Assembly: GCA_944372575.1 (NCBI GenBank) | Contig: CALVZS010000007.1 | Span: 10,132-74,131 of the forward strand | Reading direction: 5' to 3' | Length of the DNA: 64,000 nt | Source: an uncultured Clostridia bacterium | GTDB lineage: Bacteria; Bacillota; Clostridia; Christensenellales; Borkfalkiaceae | In this document: piece by piece, positions 9,164-18,273 of the stretch | Numbering within the stretch: the first letter of the stretch is position 1 | Layout of the letters: each line of letters starts with the position of its first letter | Position numbers and translations under genes: made by a program | The notes under the pieces: generated by a model | What the model was told of the DNA's origin: nothing | Databases searched by the model: none | Seen by the model: the letters and a program-made list of their open reading frames with translations, nothing else

Positions 9164-9963
9164 TCAGCTTTGTTGCAACGCCCATCGGGAACCTGAAGGA
9201 CATCACCCTGCGCGCCCTGGAGGCACTGCGTGCGGCGGACGCCGTCTTCTGTGAGGACACCCGCCACACCATAAAACTGCTCAACGCCTATGAGATCAGA
9301 AAGCCGCTCTACGCCTGCCACAAGTTCAACGAGCGGGAGGCGGCGGAGCGCATCCTCGCCCTCTCGCGCGAGGGCAAAAACGTGTGCATCGTCTCGGATG
9401 CGGGGATGCCCGTCGTGTCCGACCCCGGGCGGGAAGTCTGCCGCATCCTGCGCGAGGCGGGGGAGCAGTATACCGTGCTCCCCGGGGCGAACGCCGCGCT
9501 GTGCGCGCTCGTGCTGTCCGCATTTCCCGCCGACCGTTTCACTTTTATCGGGTTCCTCCCCGAAAAAAAGGCGGAGCGCCGCGCCCTTCTGGAGCGCTAT
9601 GCCGCCGCGCGGGAGACGCTGCTCTTTCACTGCGCCCCGCAGGACGTGGACATATACGTCTCGGCGATATTCGAGGTGTTCGGCGAGCGGCGCGCCTGCG
9701 CCGTGCGCGAGATCACCAAGATCCACGAGGAGAGTGTTCCCTTTCTCCTCTCCGGGGGGCTGCCCGGGGAGAAGCGCGGGGAATACGTCCTCGTCGTCGA
9801 GGGGGCGCGGGAGGCGGAGAACCCCCTGAATGCGCTCTCCGTGCGCGAGCACGTTGCGGCATACCTGGCGCAGGGCATGGACAAGAAGGAGGCGCTCAAG
9901 CGCACGGCGCGCGATCGCGGCATCTCCAAGAGCGAGGTCTACCGCGAGGCGCTCGGTCTGTGA
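9160..9963 (+). CDS. rsmI: 16S rRNA (cytidine1402-2'-O)-methyltransferase
   Basis: Start at the ATG at 9160 (ATGA overlap). MISFVATPIGNLKDITLRALEAL...FCEDTRHT, typical of RsmI. Confidence 0.92.
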   Translation: MISFVATPIGNLKDITLRALEALRAADAVFCEDTRHTIKLLNAYEIRKPLYACHKFNEREAAERILALSREGKNVCIVSDAGMPVVSDPGREVCRILREAGEQYTVLPGANAALCALVLSAFPADRFTFIGFLPEKKAERRALLERYAAARETLLFHCAPQDVDIYVSAIFEVFGERRACAVREITKIHEESVPFLLSGGLPGEKRGEYVLVVEGAREAENPLNALSVREHVAAYLAQGMDKKEALKRTARDRGISKSEVYREALGL

Positions 9964-9968
9964 TGCAG

Positions 9969-10010
9969 GGCCGGGGGCGGACGTGAAGCGTCCGCCCCCG
10001 GCCTTCTTTT
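9969..10010 (+). terminator. intrinsic terminator after rsmI
   Basis: GC-rich 15-bp stem GGCCGGGGGCGGACG/CGTCCGCCCCCGGCC followed by TTCTTTT. Confidence 0.75.
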
Positions 10011-10072
10011 GAAATCCCCGGCCCGATCCCGCGCGAACGGGGGAGAAAATTGTATTTTTTGTGAAAAAGGGC

Positions 10073-10101
10073 TTGTCTTTCCCATGCGTCGGTAGTATAA
10101 T
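10073..10101 (+). promoter_or_regulatory. promoter with -10 only 6 nt upstream of ATG (leaderless-type)
   Basis: TTGTCT at 10073-10078, 17-nt spacer, TATAAT at 10096-10101. The ATG of the downstream CDS is at 10108. Confidence 0.55.
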
Positions 10102-10107
10102 GGAGAC

Positions 10108-11571
10108 ATGCTTACCGAGGCATTTCCCCAACTCCAACGTCTGCGCGCCGTCACGTCACTGCGCGCCTTTTTCCGGTCGGGGTGGTTTGCCGGCGTCGTT
10201 GTGATCCTCATGGCCTGCTCCGAGCTGTTCGGGGCGGAGATCGCCGTTATCTATTGCTATCTTGCCTTCGGGCTGCTCATCGCACTGCTTTGCGACGATA
10301 TGCTCCCCATCGTGCCGATGGTCGCCTGCGGGTATATGCTCTTCTCTGCGCAAAACAATCCGGGCAAGTTTCCCGATTCCCTCTTCGGCAGGGCGGAGGG
10401 GCAGCTCGCTCTCTTTTACGCGATCGCGCTCGTGGTCGTCATCCTGATCGGGCGGCTCGTATCCATGCTCCTGCAGGGCGGCAGGCGGGGCGTGCCGAAG
10501 CTGCTCTGGGGCTTTCTGGCGCTCGGGGCCGCCTATCTTCTGAGCGGCCTGTTCTCCCCCTATTACGACGGCAGGACGGCGCTGATGGGCTTTGTGCAGA
10601 TCGCCGCCCTGTGCGGGTTCTATTTCTATTTTTACTTCACCGTCCGCTGGGAAAACGTGCCGCGGGGGTATCTTCCCCTCGTCGTCACCGCGGTGGGGGC
10701 GGGCCTGCTCGCCGAGATCGCGGGGATGTACTTCAATCCGGGCGTCATCGGCCCGGACGGCAGCATCGACCGCGCGCACCTGTATACGGGCTGGGGGATC
10801 TACAACAACGTCGGCTGCATGATGGCGATGTGTATGCCCGCGCCCGTCTGGTTCGCCCTCAAAAAGAAGCACGGCTGGGCGTTCACCATCCTCAACACCG
10901 TCTACTATCTCGGCGCGCTGCTCACCCAGAGCCGCGGCACGATGCTCTTTGCCACGCTCGTCTACCTTGCCTGCGTCGTTGTGACGCTTGTCGGCGCAAA
11001 AAAGGGGGCACGCCGGCAGCATGTCATCGTCTATGCCGCTGTTCTTGCGGCTGCCGCCGTCGGCATATTCCTCTTCCGTGAACAGGTCGCCGATCTGTTC
11101 GCCTCGGTCATTTCGCAGGGATTCAACGATTCCGCCCGCTTCGACACCTGGCGCGCCTGCTGGCAGCGCTTCCTGGAATATCCCGTCTTCGGCGTCGGGT
11201 TCTATAAGACGCCCGGCACCGTACTGACGGAGAACGGGATGCTCACCGAGTTTGTGGACGGTACGCCGGAGGGGATGTTCCTCGCGCTGCGCTCACACAA
11301 TACCTTCTTCCAGCTCATTGCCACGGGCGGCGCCGTTGCGCTGGCGGCATATCTCTTCCACCGCATCCAGACGCTCGTGCTCTGTCTGCGCCGGCCCAAT
11401 GCGGAAAAGATCGTCGCGCTTCTGTGCATTTTCTCGCTTCTGCTCACCAGCCTGACCGACTGCCACATGTTCAACATGGGGCCGGGGCTGCTGTATTCCA
11501 TCCTGCTCGTGTTCTCCGAAAAGTCGCCGCAGGCACAGGCGGCACAGGCGGAAGGATCAAAAAGTAAGTAA
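10108..11571 (+). CDS. O-antigen ligase/polymerase-like (Wzy_C family) integral membrane protein
   Basis: 487 aa and about 10-12 TM segments. The loop SRGTMLFA ... RSHNTFFQLIATGG resembles the O-antigen ligase signature. Confidence 0.7.
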   Translation: MLTEAFPQLQRLRAVTSLRAFFRSGWFAGVVVILMACSELFGAEIAVIYCYLAFGLLIALLCDDMLPIVPMVACGYMLFSAQNNPGKFPDSLFGRAEGQLALFYAIALVVVILIGRLVSMLLQGGRRGVPKLLWGFLALGAAYLLSGLFSPYYDGRTALMGFVQIAALCGFYFYFYFTVRWENVPRGYLPLVVTAVGAGLLAEIAGMYFNPGVIGPDGSIDRAHLYTGWGIYNNVGCMMAMCMPAPVWFALKKKHGWAFTILNTVYYLGALLTQSRGTMLFATLVYLACVVVTLVGAKKGARRQHVIVYAAVLAAAAVGIFLFREQVADLFASVISQGFNDSARFDTWRACWQRFLEYPVFGVGFYKTPGTVLTENGMLTEFVDGTPEGMFLALRSHNTFFQLIATGGAVALAAYLFHRIQTLVLCLRRPNAEKIVALLCIFSLLLTSLTDCHMFNMGPGLLYSILLVFSEKSPQAQAAQAEGSKSK

Positions 11572-11577
11572 AAACGA

Positions 11578-11610
11578 ATGCGCCCGATCGCGGATCGGAC
11601 GCATTTTTTT
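11578..11610 (+). terminator. intrinsic terminator
   Basis: Stem ATGCGCCCGATC/GATCGGACGCAT followed by TTTTTTT. Confidence 0.8.
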
Positions 11611-11655
11611 GAAGAGACTGTCCGGCATTCTGCCCGGGCGGTTCGGGAGGGCGCC

Positions 11656-12786
11656 ATGCCGGATTATTCGTATGCAAAACTGCGCCGGGAGGACATTGCC
11701 GCGATTGCGGAGCACCTGCGGGCGGAGCGTCTCCGGCGCGGGAGGACTTTTTTGGGGATCCTCGGCAGAGAACATGACGAGGAAATGCTCTCCCGTATCC
11801 TCGCCTGCCTGCTCGCATCGGATGCTCTTTTTGCCGGGCGCCTTGCGTCGTATGCCTTCGGAGAGGAGATCTCCCTGCAGGAGGGGACGGTTTCGTGCGA
11901 CTGCGAAAAATTTCTGCCCGGCGGGAGGATCGACCTCTTTCTCACCGCCTCCGGCAGGGACGGGGTACGCTACACCGTCACGATCGAAAACAAGGTCGAC
12001 AGCTTTGAGCACGGCGAACAGACGCAGAGATACTATGACTATATCACGGCGAACTGCCCGCAGTCGCGCAACGCCTTTTTGTTTTTGAAGCCGGCATACA
12101 ATCAGAGCCCGTGTGCCTGCGCGCAATTTGTGCCGATCACCTACGGGGAACTGTATAAAATGATCTCCGCAGACGATCCGATCGCGGAAGATTTCAAGAG
12201 ACATATCCGGGAATACCTTTCGGAGAAGGAGGTTCGCGTGGACGAGTCCGTCAAAGAGATCCTGCGCAATTACAGGGAGATCCGCGCCGCCCTTTCGGAG
12301 GCGGAAAAGCAGCTGGAGATGATCCGCCTGGCGGCGTTCTCGCAGGCCGTGGCGGCGGCAAAAGCGCAGGGCGGGCCGTGGGAGACGCTGCACAGGGGCG
12401 GCAGCAGCCGCATTTTCCGCCCCGATTGGCGCAATGAGGGCGCGCCCGATCCGGGCGGAAAATACTTTTTCTATTCGGAACTCTATTTTGTGGACGGCAG
12501 TCCGCAGAAGATCGTCGTACAGAGCACCGTCCAGCGGTACGGCCAGCGCGCATCGGAGAGCATGGTCTGGCAGTACCTGTCCGGCAGCGGCGTGCAGGGG
12601 TATTGGGACGGGGCATATTTCGTCCACTACGCGTCGGAATTTCAGACGCAGTGCGACTTTTTCGGCGCAGACTGGCAGGAAGCGCTCAAGCAGTTCGCGC
12701 TGCGCGAAATTGCCCGCGCGCTGGAGGAGAGCGAAAAGGCGTTCTCCGGCTTTGCGGCATATCTCCGCCCGGAGATCGGCGGATAG
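11656..12786 (+). CDS. PD-(D/E)XK nuclease superfamily protein with uncharacterised C-terminal domain
   Basis: Start at 11656 (GGGAGGG SD); the upstream ATG at 11578 lies inside the terminator. GRIDLFL...TVTIENKVDSFEHGEQTQRYYDY matches the D...(D/E)xK core. Confidence 0.6.
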   Translation: MPDYSYAKLRREDIAAIAEHLRAERLRRGRTFLGILGREHDEEMLSRILACLLASDALFAGRLASYAFGEEISLQEGTVSCDCEKFLPGGRIDLFLTASGRDGVRYTVTIENKVDSFEHGEQTQRYYDYITANCPQSRNAFLFLKPAYNQSPCACAQFVPITYGELYKMISADDPIAEDFKRHIREYLSEKEVRVDESVKEILRNYREIRAALSEAEKQLEMIRLAAFSQAVAAAKAQGGPWETLHRGGSSRIFRPDWRNEGAPDPGGKYFFYSELYFVDGSPQKIVVQSTVQRYGQRASESMVWQYLSGSGVQGYWDGAYFVHYASEFQTQCDFFGADWQEALKQFALREIARALEESEKAFSGFAAYLRPEIGG

Positions 12787-13142
12787 GGCGGCGCGCGTTG
12801 CAGTGCTTTCCGGGCGATCGCGTGCGCCCGGAAAGCAGACCGATCGGAAAATATAGTAACGCCCCGGAACTCGCGTCCCGGGGCGTTACTATATGATAAG
12901 GGGGAAAAATGATGAGCTGGTTCATGTCATCGGCGGGATGTCTCTCTCGCTTCTGACACCCATATTATAACCGCTCCGATACGAATTGTAAAACATTTCG
13001 TCGAAAAATTTCAAAAAATTTTTTTCTGTGAATTTGTTACATACGAACATAAATTTTTTCAAAAAATGGGAAAATTCTTTTTGTATCACACATTTTTGCT
13101 TCCTTCAGGGGCTGCGGCGAGCAAAAAGAGAGCCATTTCAGG

Positions 13143-13186
13143 AAAAAAATCGGGATCCCGCCGGCTTTGCCCGGCGGGATCCCGAT
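13143..13186 (-). terminator. intrinsic terminator of small membrane protein gene
   Basis: 16-bp stem ATCGGGATCCCGCCGG/CCGGCGGGATCCCGAT with a T-run on the minus strand. Confidence 0.8.
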
Positions 13187-13200
13187 CATGAATTTTGTGG

Positions 13201-13413
13201 TTATTTGTTGGCTTCGTCTTCCCGCGTTTGCGGATGGCGCTCCCTCCGGCAGACCAAAATGAGTCCTATTACAGCGGTGACTATGCCCGCGATCAGAGAG
13301 ATCAGCAGCGTGACGATCCACAGATACCAATCCGAATAGTTAAGCATCATTGCAGACAGGATGCTCAATGCAAACATAGAGATGCTGAACAAAATCAGCC
13401 CGATTCCCTTCAT
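13201..13413 (-). CDS. small two-TM membrane protein, hypothetical
   Basis: 70 aa with two hydrophobic helices. Has its own consensus promoter, an AAGGGGG SD and a terminator. Visibly more AT-rich than its neighbours. Confidence 0.55.
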   Translation of the reverse strand: MKGIGLILFSISMFALSILSAMMLNYSDWYLWIVTLLISLIAGIVTAVIGLILVCRRERHPQTREDEANK

Positions 13414-13447
13414 TTTTTACCCCCTTTTTTCTGTTCCGTTCGGCAAC

Positions 13448-13476
13448 AGTATAATACGTTCCGCGATGATTGTCAA
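13448..13476 (-). promoter_or_regulatory. promoter (TTGACA-17-TATACT) of small membrane protein gene
   Basis: Read on the minus strand: TTGACA (13471-13476), 17-nt spacer, TATACT (13448-13453). Confidence 0.65.
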
Positions 13477-13503
13477 GTACTTATGAAAATTTTCCCGAAA
13501 CCC

Positions 13504-14013
13504 TCACAGGATGCGGCAGAGGAAGCAGCCGAAGATCAGGCTGATGAAGTTGGAGAGGAGCGCGACGGCGACGGGCTTTGCAACGCTCTTTTTGCTGCCC
13601 GCAAAGTAGACGGCGGAGAGGAAGAACACCGTCTCGCTCGAGCCGCAGGCGAGTGCGGCGCACCGCCCGATATAGCTGTCCGCGCCGTATGCGGCGAGCA
13701 GGTCGGCAAGCAGCGCCGTCGACCCGCTGCCCGAAAAGGGCTTGAGCAGCACCAGCTTTCCGATTTCGGGCGGGATGCCCAGAAAGGAAAAGACGGGGGA
13801 GAGCGCCTGCGTCAGCCTTGCGGCAAGTCCGCTGCGCTCGAAGAGTTCGGACAGGATGAGCACGGACACCAGGTAGGGAAAGACGGACAGCACAAGGGGT
13901 ACGGCTTCCTTCACGCCCTCGGTAAAACTGTCGTATATCTTCACGCGCCTGATGAGGGCGTAGACGAACAGAACAAGAAAGAGGGCGGGAATGACAAGGG
14001 CGGCGTACCTCAT
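13504..14013 (-). CDS. spmB: spore maturation protein B
   Basis: 169 aa from MRYAALVIPALFLVLFVY. Nucleoside-recognition/Gate-type membrane protein. 4-nt overlap with spmA. Confidence 0.85.
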   Translation of the reverse strand: MRYAALVIPALFLVLFVYALIRRVKIYDSFTEGVKEAVPLVLSVFPYLVSVLILSELFERSGLAARLTQALSPVFSFLGIPPEIGKLVLLKPFSGSGSTALLADLLAAYGADSYIGRCAALACGSSETVFFLSAVYFAGSKKSVAKPVAVALLSNFISLIFGCFLCRIL

Positions 14014-14570
14014 GTCCGCCGCCTCCCGATCTTGTGTGTGAGGAAGAGCAGCGCCGCGCCCAGGAGGGTGGAGAGGAGGGAGGCGAGCAGGGTGGGCAGC
14101 AGGATGTCCGCGGGGGAGGCGGAGCCCGCCGCGGCGCGCAGGGCGATGACGGTTGTAGGCAGCAGCTGCAGGCTCGTCGCGTTGAGTACGAGCAGCATCT
14201 CGGCGGCATATCCGTTGCGGGCGGCGAGGAATTTCTGCGTCGCGGCAACGCCCAGCGGGGTGGGCGCGCCGGGCAGTCCCAGCATGTTGGCGGCAATGTT
14301 CTGGCAGGCGAGGGAGAGCGCCCGCGCATCCCGGGAGCGGAACAGCCGCCCGGCGGCGGGCAGCAGCGCACGGGAGAGCTTGTCTGCAAGCGCGCAGCGT
14401 TCCAGTACCTTGAAAAAGCCCAGCCACACACAGTAGGAGGCGAGCAGCGCAAGGCACACACCCGCCGCCCGCTCGGCTCCCGCAAGCAAGGCGGGCAGAA
14501 ATCCCTCGGCGTCGGTGAAAAGGAAGATGAGCGCCGCTCCCAGAAACACGGCGGCAAAGATGACGTTCAT
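14010..14570 (-). CDS. spmA: spore maturation protein A
   Basis: 186 aa from MNVIFAAVFLGAALIF. Only the C-terminal part of the 896-aa track ORF is real. spmA-spmB pair. Confidence 0.85.
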   Translation of the reverse strand: MNVIFAAVFLGAALIFLFTDAEGFLPALLAGAERAAGVCLALLASYCVWLGFFKVLERCALADKLSRALLPAAGRLFRSRDARALSLACQNIAANMLGLPGAPTPLGVAATQKFLAARNGYAAEMLLVLNATSLQLLPTTVIALRAAAGSASPADILLPTLLASLLSTLLGAALLFLTHKIGRRRT

Positions 14571-14612
14571 GGGATATTGTATGAGCGGGGCAAAAAAATT
14601 ATCAGCAAATGC

Positions 14613-14641
14613 TTGACAACCTCTGGGTAAAAGATTACAAT
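14613..14641 (+). promoter_or_regulatory. consensus promoter TTGACA-17-TACAAT
   Basis: TTGACA at 14613-14618 and TACAAT at 14636-14641. Confidence 0.65.
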
Positions 14642-14647
14642 GAGAGC

Positions 14648-14710
14648 ATGAAACGCGATTTTTCTGTTTGCAACGCCATGCGCACCGTGTTTGCAATGCA
14701 AATACGGTAG
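14648..14710 (+). CDS. candidate leaderless 20-codon micro-ORF (MKRDFSVCNAMRTVFAMQIR), or the 5-prime part of a small RNA
   Basis: ATG lies 6 nt after the -10 box, and an in-frame TAG is at 14708-14710. The unit ends at the terminator at 14741-14767. No homology assessed. Confidence 0.3.
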   Translation: MKRDFSVCNAMRTVFAMQIR

Positions 14711-14740
14711 TTTGGCGTGTCATCATATCTGAAACAGGGA

Positions 14741-14767
14741 AGTCCGCCGAACGGCGGGCTTTTTTTG
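14741..14767 (+). terminator. intrinsic terminator closing the micro-ORF/sRNA unit
   Basis: Stem AGTCCGCC/GGCGGGCT with a GAAC loop, followed by TTTTTT. Confidence 0.75.
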
Positions 14768-14810
14768 TTGAGGGAAACGGGGCTGCGCCGCGGCGGGAAA
14801 GGAGAAAAAT

Positions 14811-15416
14811 ATGAATTACCCGGGCAGCAGAGTTCTGGAAACGGCGCGGCTCACGCTGCGCCCCTTTTGCGCAGCCGACGCGCAGCAGGCGTTCGACAAC
14901 TGGATGAGCGATCCGCTCGTCACGCAATATCTCACCTGGGCGCCGCACGGCGACATCGCTTTCACGCGCCGCCTGCTCGCCGCGTGGGAGGAAGAGGCGA
15001 AACTGGACGACGTGTTTCACTGGGCGATCGTCCTGCGCGGCAGCGGCGAGGTCGTCGGGGACATCTCCGTCGTCTCGCTCGACAGGCGCGCGGAGAGCGC
15101 GCAGGTGGGCTATTGCCTGTGCCGCAGGCGGTGGGGGCGGGGCATCATGACGGAGGCGCTTTCCGCCGTCATCGGTTATTTGTTCGCTGCCGTCGGCGTG
15201 TGGCGCATCGAGGGGACGTATGTTGCGGACAACGCCGCCTCGGGCAGGGTGATGGAAAAGTGCGGAATGCAGAGGGAGGGCGTCGCGCGGCAGGCGTGGG
15301 TGCTGCCCTCGGGGGAACGTGCCGACCTTGTACACCGCGCCGTCCTGCGCGGGGAGTGGCAGCGCAGCCGCCGCGGTGCGGCGCGCTGGGTCAATCTCCT
15401 GTGGCAGGCAAAATAA
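14811..15416 (+). CDS. GNAT family N-acetyltransferase (RimJ/RimL-like)
   Basis: 201 aa. RLTLRPFCAADAQQAFDNWMSDPLVTQYLTW N-terminus and RRRWGRGIMTEAL acetyl-CoA loop. Confidence 0.85.
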   Translation: MNYPGSRVLETARLTLRPFCAADAQQAFDNWMSDPLVTQYLTWAPHGDIAFTRRLLAAWEEEAKLDDVFHWAIVLRGSGEVVGDISVVSLDRRAESAQVGYCLCRRRWGRGIMTEALSAVIGYLFAAVGVWRIEGTYVADNAASGRVMEKCGMQREGVARQAWVLPSGERADLVHRAVLRGEWQRSRRGAARWVNLLWQAK

Positions 15417-15476
15417 GTTTACTTTTTCGCGCGGATACAGTATAATGGAGGGGAAAAGAAAGGAACGGGAGTCATC

Positions 15477-17480
15477 ATGAAGAAACCCTACTATGTCACA
15501 ACGGCCATTGCCTACACCTCGGGCAAGCCGCATATCGGAAACACCTATGAGGCGATCCTGACGGACGCCATCGTCCGCTATAAAAAACTGCAGGGCTACG
15601 ACGTGCGCTTTCAGACGGGCACGGACGAGCACGGGCAGAAGATCGAGGAGAAGGCTGCCGCCGCCCATGTCACGCCCAAGGCGTATGTGGACAGGGTGGC
15701 GAACGTCATCAAAACGGTCTGGGACGGCGTGAACGTCGCATACGACAAGTTCATCCGCACCACGGACGGCGACCATATGCGCACGGTGCAGAAGATCTTC
15801 CGCAGGTTCTATGAACAGGGAGACATCTACAAGGGAGAATACGAGGGCTGGTACTGCACGCCGTGTGAGAGTTTCTGGACGCAGAGCCAGCTCGTCGACG
15901 GCAAGTGTCCCGACTGCGGCAGGGAGGTGAAGAAGGCGAAGGAGGAGGCATACTTCTTCAGGATGAGCAAGTATGCCGACAGGCTCATCGCTCATATCGA
16001 GAACCACCCCGACTTCATCCGCCCCGTCTCCAGAAAGAACGAGATGATGAACAACTTTCTGAAGAAGGGACTGCAGGATCTGTGCGTGTCGCGCACCTCC
16101 TTCACCTGGGGCATCCCCGTGGACTTCGACGAAAAGCACGTTGTCTACGTCTGGCTGGATGCGCTCACCAACTATATCACGGGCCTCGGCTACGACCCCG
16201 ACGGGAAAAGCGGGGAACTGTATGAAAAATACTGGAAGAACGCCGAGACGCTGCATGTCATCGGCAAGGACATCGCCCGCTTCCACACCATCTACTGGCC
16301 CATCTTCCTGATGGCGCTGGGTGAAAAACTGCCCGACCACGTCTTTGCGCATCCCTGGCTGCTGCAGGGGGGCGAAAAGATGAGCAAGTCGCGCGGCAAC
16401 GTCATCTATGCGGACGACCTCGCCTCCGTGTTCGGCGTGGACGCCGTGCGGTATTTCGTGCTGCACGAGATGCCCTATGAAGGGGACGGCACCATCACCT
16501 GGGAGCTGGTGTGCGAGCGCGTCAACTCCGACCTTGCCAACACGCTGGGTAACCTCGTGCGGCGCACCCTCGCCATGACCAGAAAGTATTTCGGCGGCAG
16601 GGTCGCGGACATGGGTGCCGCCGAGGAAGTGGACGACGACCTCAAGGCGGCGGTCACGGGGACGGCGGCAAAGGTGACGGCGTGCATGGAGGACTACCAT
16701 GTCGCGGACGCGCTGAATGAGCTCTTCCTCATCTTCCGCCGCGCCAACAAGTATATCGACGAGACCATGCCCTGGGTGCTGGGCAAGGATGAGGCGAAAA
16801 AAGACCGCCTTGCCACCGTCCTCTACAATCTGACGGAGAGCATCCTGACGGGCGCAAGCCTGCTCGCTCCCTTTCTGCCCGATACGGCGAAGCGGATCGC
16901 CGCCTATCTCAACGCCCCCCTTAAATCACTCGAGGCGTGCGCCGCGTTCGGTTCCTATCCGAGCGGCAATCAGATCGCGGAACAGGACGAGCCCCTCTTC
17001 GCCCGCTTTGACTGGAAGGAGGTCGCCCCCAAGGTGGAGGCGATCCGTTCGGCGCAGCGCGCGGAGTACGAGCGCGAGAACGGCGCGGCGCAGGGCGAAA
17101 CAGCCGCGGCGCAGGAGGGGACGCAGAAGGCGGGGGGCGATTCCGCAAAGGCGGAACAGATCACGATCGACGACTTTGCGCGCGTGGAGCTGAGGGTGGG
17201 CGAGGTCATCGCCTGCGAGCGCGTTCCCAAGTCAAACAAACTGCTGCATGAGACCATCCGCATCGGGGAGGAAGTGCGCTCCGTCGTCTCGGGCATCGCC
17301 AAATGGTACACGCCTGAGGAGATGGTGGGCAAAAAGGTGGTGCTCGTCACCAATTTAAAGCCCGTCAAGCTGTGCGGGGTGCTGTCCGAGGGCATGGTGC
17401 TCTGTGCCGAGGATGAGGCGGGGAATTTGTCCTTGCTCTCCCCCGAAAAGGACATGCCCTCCGGCGCATCTATCCGCTGA
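15477..17480 (+). CDS. metG: methionine--tRNA ligase with C-terminal tRNA-binding (EMAP) domain
   Basis: 667 aa. HIGN (PHIGNTYE) and KMSKS motifs, a CPxC zinc knuckle and a C-terminal OB domain. Confidence 0.97.
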   Translation: MKKPYYVTTAIAYTSGKPHIGNTYEAILTDAIVRYKKLQGYDVRFQTGTDEHGQKIEEKAAAAHVTPKAYVDRVANVIKTVWDGVNVAYDKFIRTTDGDHMRTVQKIFRRFYEQGDIYKGEYEGWYCTPCESFWTQSQLVDGKCPDCGREVKKAKEEAYFFRMSKYADRLIAHIENHPDFIRPVSRKNEMMNNFLKKGLQDLCVSRTSFTWGIPVDFDEKHVVYVWLDALTNYITGLGYDPDGKSGELYEKYWKNAETLHVIGKDIARFHTIYWPIFLMALGEKLPDHVFAHPWLLQGGEKMSKSRGNVIYADDLASVFGVDAVRYFVLHEMPYEGDGTITWELVCERVNSDLANTLGNLVRRTLAMTRKYFGGRVADMGAAEEVDDDLKAAVTGTAAKVTACMEDYHVADALNELFLIFRRANKYIDETMPWVLGKDEAKKDRLATVLYNLTESILTGASLLAPFLPDTAKRIAAYLNAPLKSLEACAAFGSYPSGNQIAEQDEPLFARFDWKEVAPKVEAIRSAQRAEYERENGAAQGETAAAQEGTQKAGGDSAKAEQITIDDFARVELRVGEVIACERVPKSNKLLHETIRIGEEVRSVVSGIAKWYTPEEMVGKKVVLVTNLKPVKLCGVLSEGMVLCAEDEAGNLSLLSPEKDMPSGASIR

Positions 17481-17481
17481 T

Positions 17482-18246
17482 ATGTACCTGGATATTCACG
17501 CCCACTTCGCTGAAGAGGGCTATGACGTTCCCGCCGAATGGGAGCGCATCCGCGCCGCGGGGGTGGACACGCTCGTGCTGGCGGGAGACACGCTCGCCCA
17601 CAGCCGGATGCACGCCGCCATTGCCGCGCACTATGACGGAATGTACTTTACGGCGGGCATCCACCCCTCCGAGGCGGCATCCCTCTCGCAGGAGGCGGAG
17701 GAGGAGCTGCGCGCCCTGCTCGGGCAGGAGAAGTGCATCGCGGCAGGGGAGATCGGGCTGGACTACCACTGGGACACCCCCGCGCGCCAGGTGCAGCAGG
17801 CGGCGTTTTCCCGCCAGCTGGAACTCGCTCATGCGCTCTCCCTGCCCGTGCAGATCCACTCGCGCGACTGCTTTGCCGATATGCTCGCCATGCTGCGCGA
17901 GCGCCGCGCCCTGCTTGCGCACGGCTTCCTCATGCACTGCTATTCGCACGGCGCGCAGCACATGGACGACTTTCTGGAACTGGGCGGCTATTTCTCCTTC
18001 GGCGGCGTGGCGTGCTTCAAGAACGCAAAAAGCGTCTGGGAGAGCGTGCAGGCGTGTCCCGCCGACCGCATCCTGACCGAGACGGACTCGCCCTACCTCT
18101 CCCCTTTCCGCGGGCAGAAGAATACGCCCGCCAACATTCCCGTCATCGCCGCCCGCCTTGCGCAGCTGCGCGGGGAGAGGGTGGAGGCATTTGCCCTTCA
18201 GGTGCGCAAAAACGCGCACACGCTCTTTGCAAAATTGGGAAAATGA
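17482..18246 (+). CDS. tatD: TatD family metal-dependent hydrolase/DNase
   Basis: Start at the ATG at 17482 (MYLDIHAHF). HxH motif and ETDSPYL motif. metG-tatD context. Confidence 0.9.
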   Translation: MYLDIHAHFAEEGYDVPAEWERIRAAGVDTLVLAGDTLAHSRMHAAIAAHYDGMYFTAGIHPSEAASLSQEAEEELRALLGQEKCIAAGEIGLDYHWDTPARQVQQAAFSRQLELAHALSLPVQIHSRDCFADMLAMLRERRALLAHGFLMHCYSHGAQHMDDFLELGGYFSFGGVACFKNAKSVWESVQACPADRILTETDSPYLSPFRGQKNTPANIPVIAARLAQLRGERVEAFALQVRKNAHTLFAKLGK

Positions 18247-18273
18247 TGAAATTTCACGCAACGGAAAGAAGAT

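Noticed and set aside
13085-13135. Possible degenerate fourth copy of the H1 hairpin (TCACACATTTTTGCT...AGCAAAAAGAGAG).
   Set aside because: It shares only the TCACAC-TTTTT...AAAAA-G outline. The loop and 3-prime arm do not match, so the resemblance may be chance in AT-rich DNA.
14571-16700. N-terminal ~710 aa of the 896-aa minus-strand ORF 14010..16700.
   Set aside because: Only the last 186 codons (spmA) look like a real protein. The rest is antisense to metG and the GNAT gene and is low complexity.
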